Origin: Candidatus Latescibacterota bacterium
Lineage (GTDB): Bacteria > Latescibacterota > UBA2968 > UBA8231
Reading direction: 5' to 3'
Assembly (NCBI GenBank): GCA_965243025.1
Contig: CBDETY010000003.1
Location: 6,336,001-6,400,000 of the forward strand
Length of the DNA: 64,000 nt
Both the position numbers and the translations under genes were made by a program. Positions 60,038 through 64,000 of the stretch are shown in pieces (the first letter of the stretch is position 1; each line of letters opens with the position of its first letter). Below the pieces are notes generated by a model. It had not been told where the DNA came from. It was given only the letters and a program-made list of their open reading frames with translations, and did no database searches.

Positions 60038-62173
60038 TCAGTAGAAGGAGGCCTGTTCCCTCAGCGCCTCGATCCGCCAGCCGAATTCCTCCTCCAGTTC
60101 CTTTGTCCATCCCCGCTTTTCAAAGGCGATCTGCCCCTCCCGGTTGAGAAACCAGGTTGTGGGAAAGGCATTCACGTCTGCTTCGTCGACGTACCCGTCG
60201 TCGACAAGGACCGGGAAGTCGTAGCCCCTTTCGTTCATCCACGGGGGTACCGACTCGGGGACGCGATCGTTGTTGATCGTCAGAATCGCCACCTCAGGGT
60301 CGTCCTCGTAGTGCTCGTACAGCTTCTGAAAGTCAGGCATTTCCCTGACGCACCATCCGCACCAGATGCCCCAGAAGTTGATCGCCACGACCCTGCCCTT
60401 CAAAGAGGCCAGCGACACCCGCGTCTCCTCGAGTGTCGGCAGATCGAACGGGATGGCGGGTTCCGGGACCTCGATGCGCGAGGAGAGGACCTGCTGTTTC
60501 CGCGTTTCCCGGTCCGCCTCTTCCAGGGCTTCGAGATACTCGTCGTACCCGGTCAAGCTTCCGTGTCGTTTCAGATAGAGCGACTCCAGAGCCTTTTCGT
60601 TGGGATTGTCGCGCGGCGACTGGACCGACACCCCCATCCGGTAAAATTCTTCGGCCTTGCCGAGGTCGGCCGTCTCCTCGTAAAGCCGGCCCAGATGGTG
60701 AAGGGTGCTCACGTCCTCGGGGTTCAGCTCATAGGCGCGCAGCAGTTCCCGCTCGCTTTCCTCCAGGCGGCCGGCCTGAAACAGCACCCAGCCAAGGGCG
60801 TCCGCCATCGCCCCGTTCCTCCAGTTCGAAGCCTTTTCAAAGGACTCCTCCGAGTCGTAGTGCGGCCTGTTGCTTTCCAGTTTTTCCCGAACTGCTGCAA
60901 CGCCGTCCCGGGCGATCTGCTCGGCCCCCCCGTGATACGGCGTGCGTTCGGCCAGCGCGATCGCACCCTGTGCGAACACGACGCGCGGGTTGCTTTTCTC
61001 GTGTTCAACCATACCCCGCACCACCGTGCGGATTTCTTCCGCCGTTACCGTGGAATCCTCTCGAATGGAATGGAACAGTTCCCGGTACGCATCTCCCAGC
61101 AGGTCTTCATTGAAGTGGGCAGGCCGCGCGATGAACGACTTCAGCAGGCTGCGATACTCCGCTTGCTGCTCCGGGTCTTCGAAATCGTCGCCCGCGGCCT
61201 CCCGCACGGCGCGATAGCGATGCACCAGAATCCACTCCGCCTCCGGACTTTCTCCATGGCTGCCGAGGATGCGATCGGCGATAGATCTCGCCTTTTCTTC
61301 GGCTTCCAGGCTGCGCCAGGCATTGTAGACGGCCAGCAGAGAAGGGGCGTCCCCTCCGCGCGCCTCCAGAAACAGATCGGCGTCCGATTCGATCCGGGCG
61401 ATTTTCTCCTCCAAAGTCCTGTCTTTCCGGCTCTGAACCATACGCCAGAAGTACCGGCGCACCCTCAAGTTCGTCGGCGCCAGTTGAACCGCCTTCCGGT
61501 ACAACGAGTCGGCTTCGTCATAACGACGCGCCGAAGCGAGATAAACCGCCGGCCGGAAAAAAGCATTGGCATTGCCGGGGTCGGCTTTCCGCGCTTCTTC
61601 GAACGCCTCCAGGCAGGCGCCGAAGCGTTCCTCGTCTTCCCCTTTTTCAGAGGTGTGGTAGAGCGCATCTCCCTTGACCACCAGAAGCCGGGCGGGGTTG
61701 TCGACCCGGGTCCGATACCGGTCGACAAAGGCGATGGCGTCTTCCTTGCTGCTTCCGTAAAGGACCTCCGCCCTCGTGTTGATGACATCTGCGTGGCCGG
61801 GCAGCATCTGCAACGCCTTTTCGCTGGCCGAGAGCGCCTCATCCCTTCGCTCTTCTCCCAGGGCGTCGAGCGCGCCCGCGAGAGCGAACCAGCTCCAGGC
61901 GCTGGTTTCATGAGAAGCGGCCATTTCTTCGGCGGCGGCGACCGCTTCCGCAGTGCTGTCCACTGCCATGTGATGGATAAACCAGGCGCGCAGGGGCAGA
62001 TCGTCGGGAAACCGTTCGACCAGGGTTTTCCCCTCGACATATCCAACTTCGTGATTGCGGGATTTCTGCAGGGATCGCAACCGAGCGACCGCTTCTTCTG
62101 CGCTATCCTGTCCCTGAAGCGGGATCGGACACAGAGAGAGAACCAGCAGATACGGCATCCATCGCTTCATCAT
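60038..62173 (-). CDS. Exported TPR-repeat protein with C-terminal TlpA-like thioredoxin domain
   Basis: Signal peptide, TPR-like helices (DALGW, HHLG.LY), INFWGIWCGWC..EMP, FPTT. Confidence 0.88.
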   Translation of the reverse strand: MMKRWMPYLLVLSLCPIPLQGQDSAEEAVARLRSLQKSRNHEVGYVEGKTLVERFPDDLPLRAWFIHHMAVDSTAEAVAAAEEMAASHETSAWSWFALAGALDALGEERRDEALSASEKALQMLPGHADVINTRAEVLYGSSKEDAIAFVDRYRTRVDNPARLLVVKGDALYHTSEKGEDEERFGACLEAFEEARKADPGNANAFFRPAVYLASARRYDEADSLYRKAVQLAPTNLRVRRYFWRMVQSRKDRTLEEKIARIESDADLFLEARGGDAPSLLAVYNAWRSLEAEEKARSIADRILGSHGESPEAEWILVHRYRAVREAAGDDFEDPEQQAEYRSLLKSFIARPAHFNEDLLGDAYRELFHSIREDSTVTAEEIRTVVRGMVEHEKSNPRVVFAQGAIALAERTPYHGGAEQIARDGVAAVREKLESNRPHYDSEESFEKASNWRNGAMADALGWVLFQAGRLEESERELLRAYELNPEDVSTLHHLGRLYEETADLGKAEEFYRMGVSVQSPRDNPNEKALESLYLKRHGSLTGYDEYLEALEEADRETRKQQVLSSRIEVPEPAIPFDLPTLEETRVSLASLKGRVVAINFWGIWCGWCVREMPDFQKLYEHYEDDPEVAILTINNDRVPESVPPWMNERGYDFPVLVDDGYVDEADVNAFPTTWFLNREGQIAFEKRGWTKELEEEFGWRIEALREQASFY

Positions 62174-62272
62174 GCACTCCTCATCCGTTGTGAGTGGCTC
62201 GCGTCCTGACCGTACCATGAGAATGCTCCACGATTCGAGTCCGCTTGGCGACCGACGATGCATCAATTAATG

Positions 62273-62315
62273 AAAAAGGCCCGGTGGGAAGTCATATGAA
62301 CTCCCCTCCGGGCCT
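62273..62315 (-). terminator. Rho-independent terminator of katG
   Basis: Minus strand AGGCCCGG...CCGGGCCT stem followed by T run. Confidence 0.8.
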
Positions 62316-62341
62316 CTGTGCGGTTTGCCAAACTGTTACGA

Positions 62342-64000
<1,659 letters not shown>

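Noticed and set aside
60340-60380. Possible selenocysteine in the redoxin active site
   Set aside because: Both positions are ordinary Cys codons (WCGWC); no in-frame TGA.
57449-62209. 1586-aa + strand ORF
   Set aside because: Antisense to three motif-bearing genes; caused by codon bias.

Overview
A 64 kb, mostly GC-rich bacterial chromosomal region with no rRNA, tRNA, CRISPR array, integrase or transposase that I can recognise. Gene content includes a protein with a C-terminal YPNPFN/FlgD-Ig sorting domain, seven phytanoyl-CoA dioxygenase (PhyH)-family genes, four Gfo/Idh/MocA oxidoreductases, three enolase-superfamily enzymes, SET/ankyrin/TPR proteins and many toxin-antitoxin genes. This resembles Latescibacterota/Poribacteria-type uncultured lineages, often sponge-associated; that assignment is inference only. 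The GC-rich catabolic backbone is interleaved with visibly AT-richer blocks. The largest (about 5.0-16.5 kb) is a run of short, co-oriented, functionally unrelated genes with an inverted higBA module and possible eroded attC-like ends, i.e. a candidate decayed integron cassette array without an integrase. Other leads: a PhyH paralogue with H-G-A in place of H-x-D (halogenase-like), a 99-aa protein coupled to a PhyH, a substrate-binding protein paired with a CPA-CBS antiporter, a non-canonical GH32, a decaying toxin-antitoxin cluster, a DUF3883-like nuclease, and three single-base frameshifts at homopolymers. All family calls come from motif recognition by eye; no database search was run.
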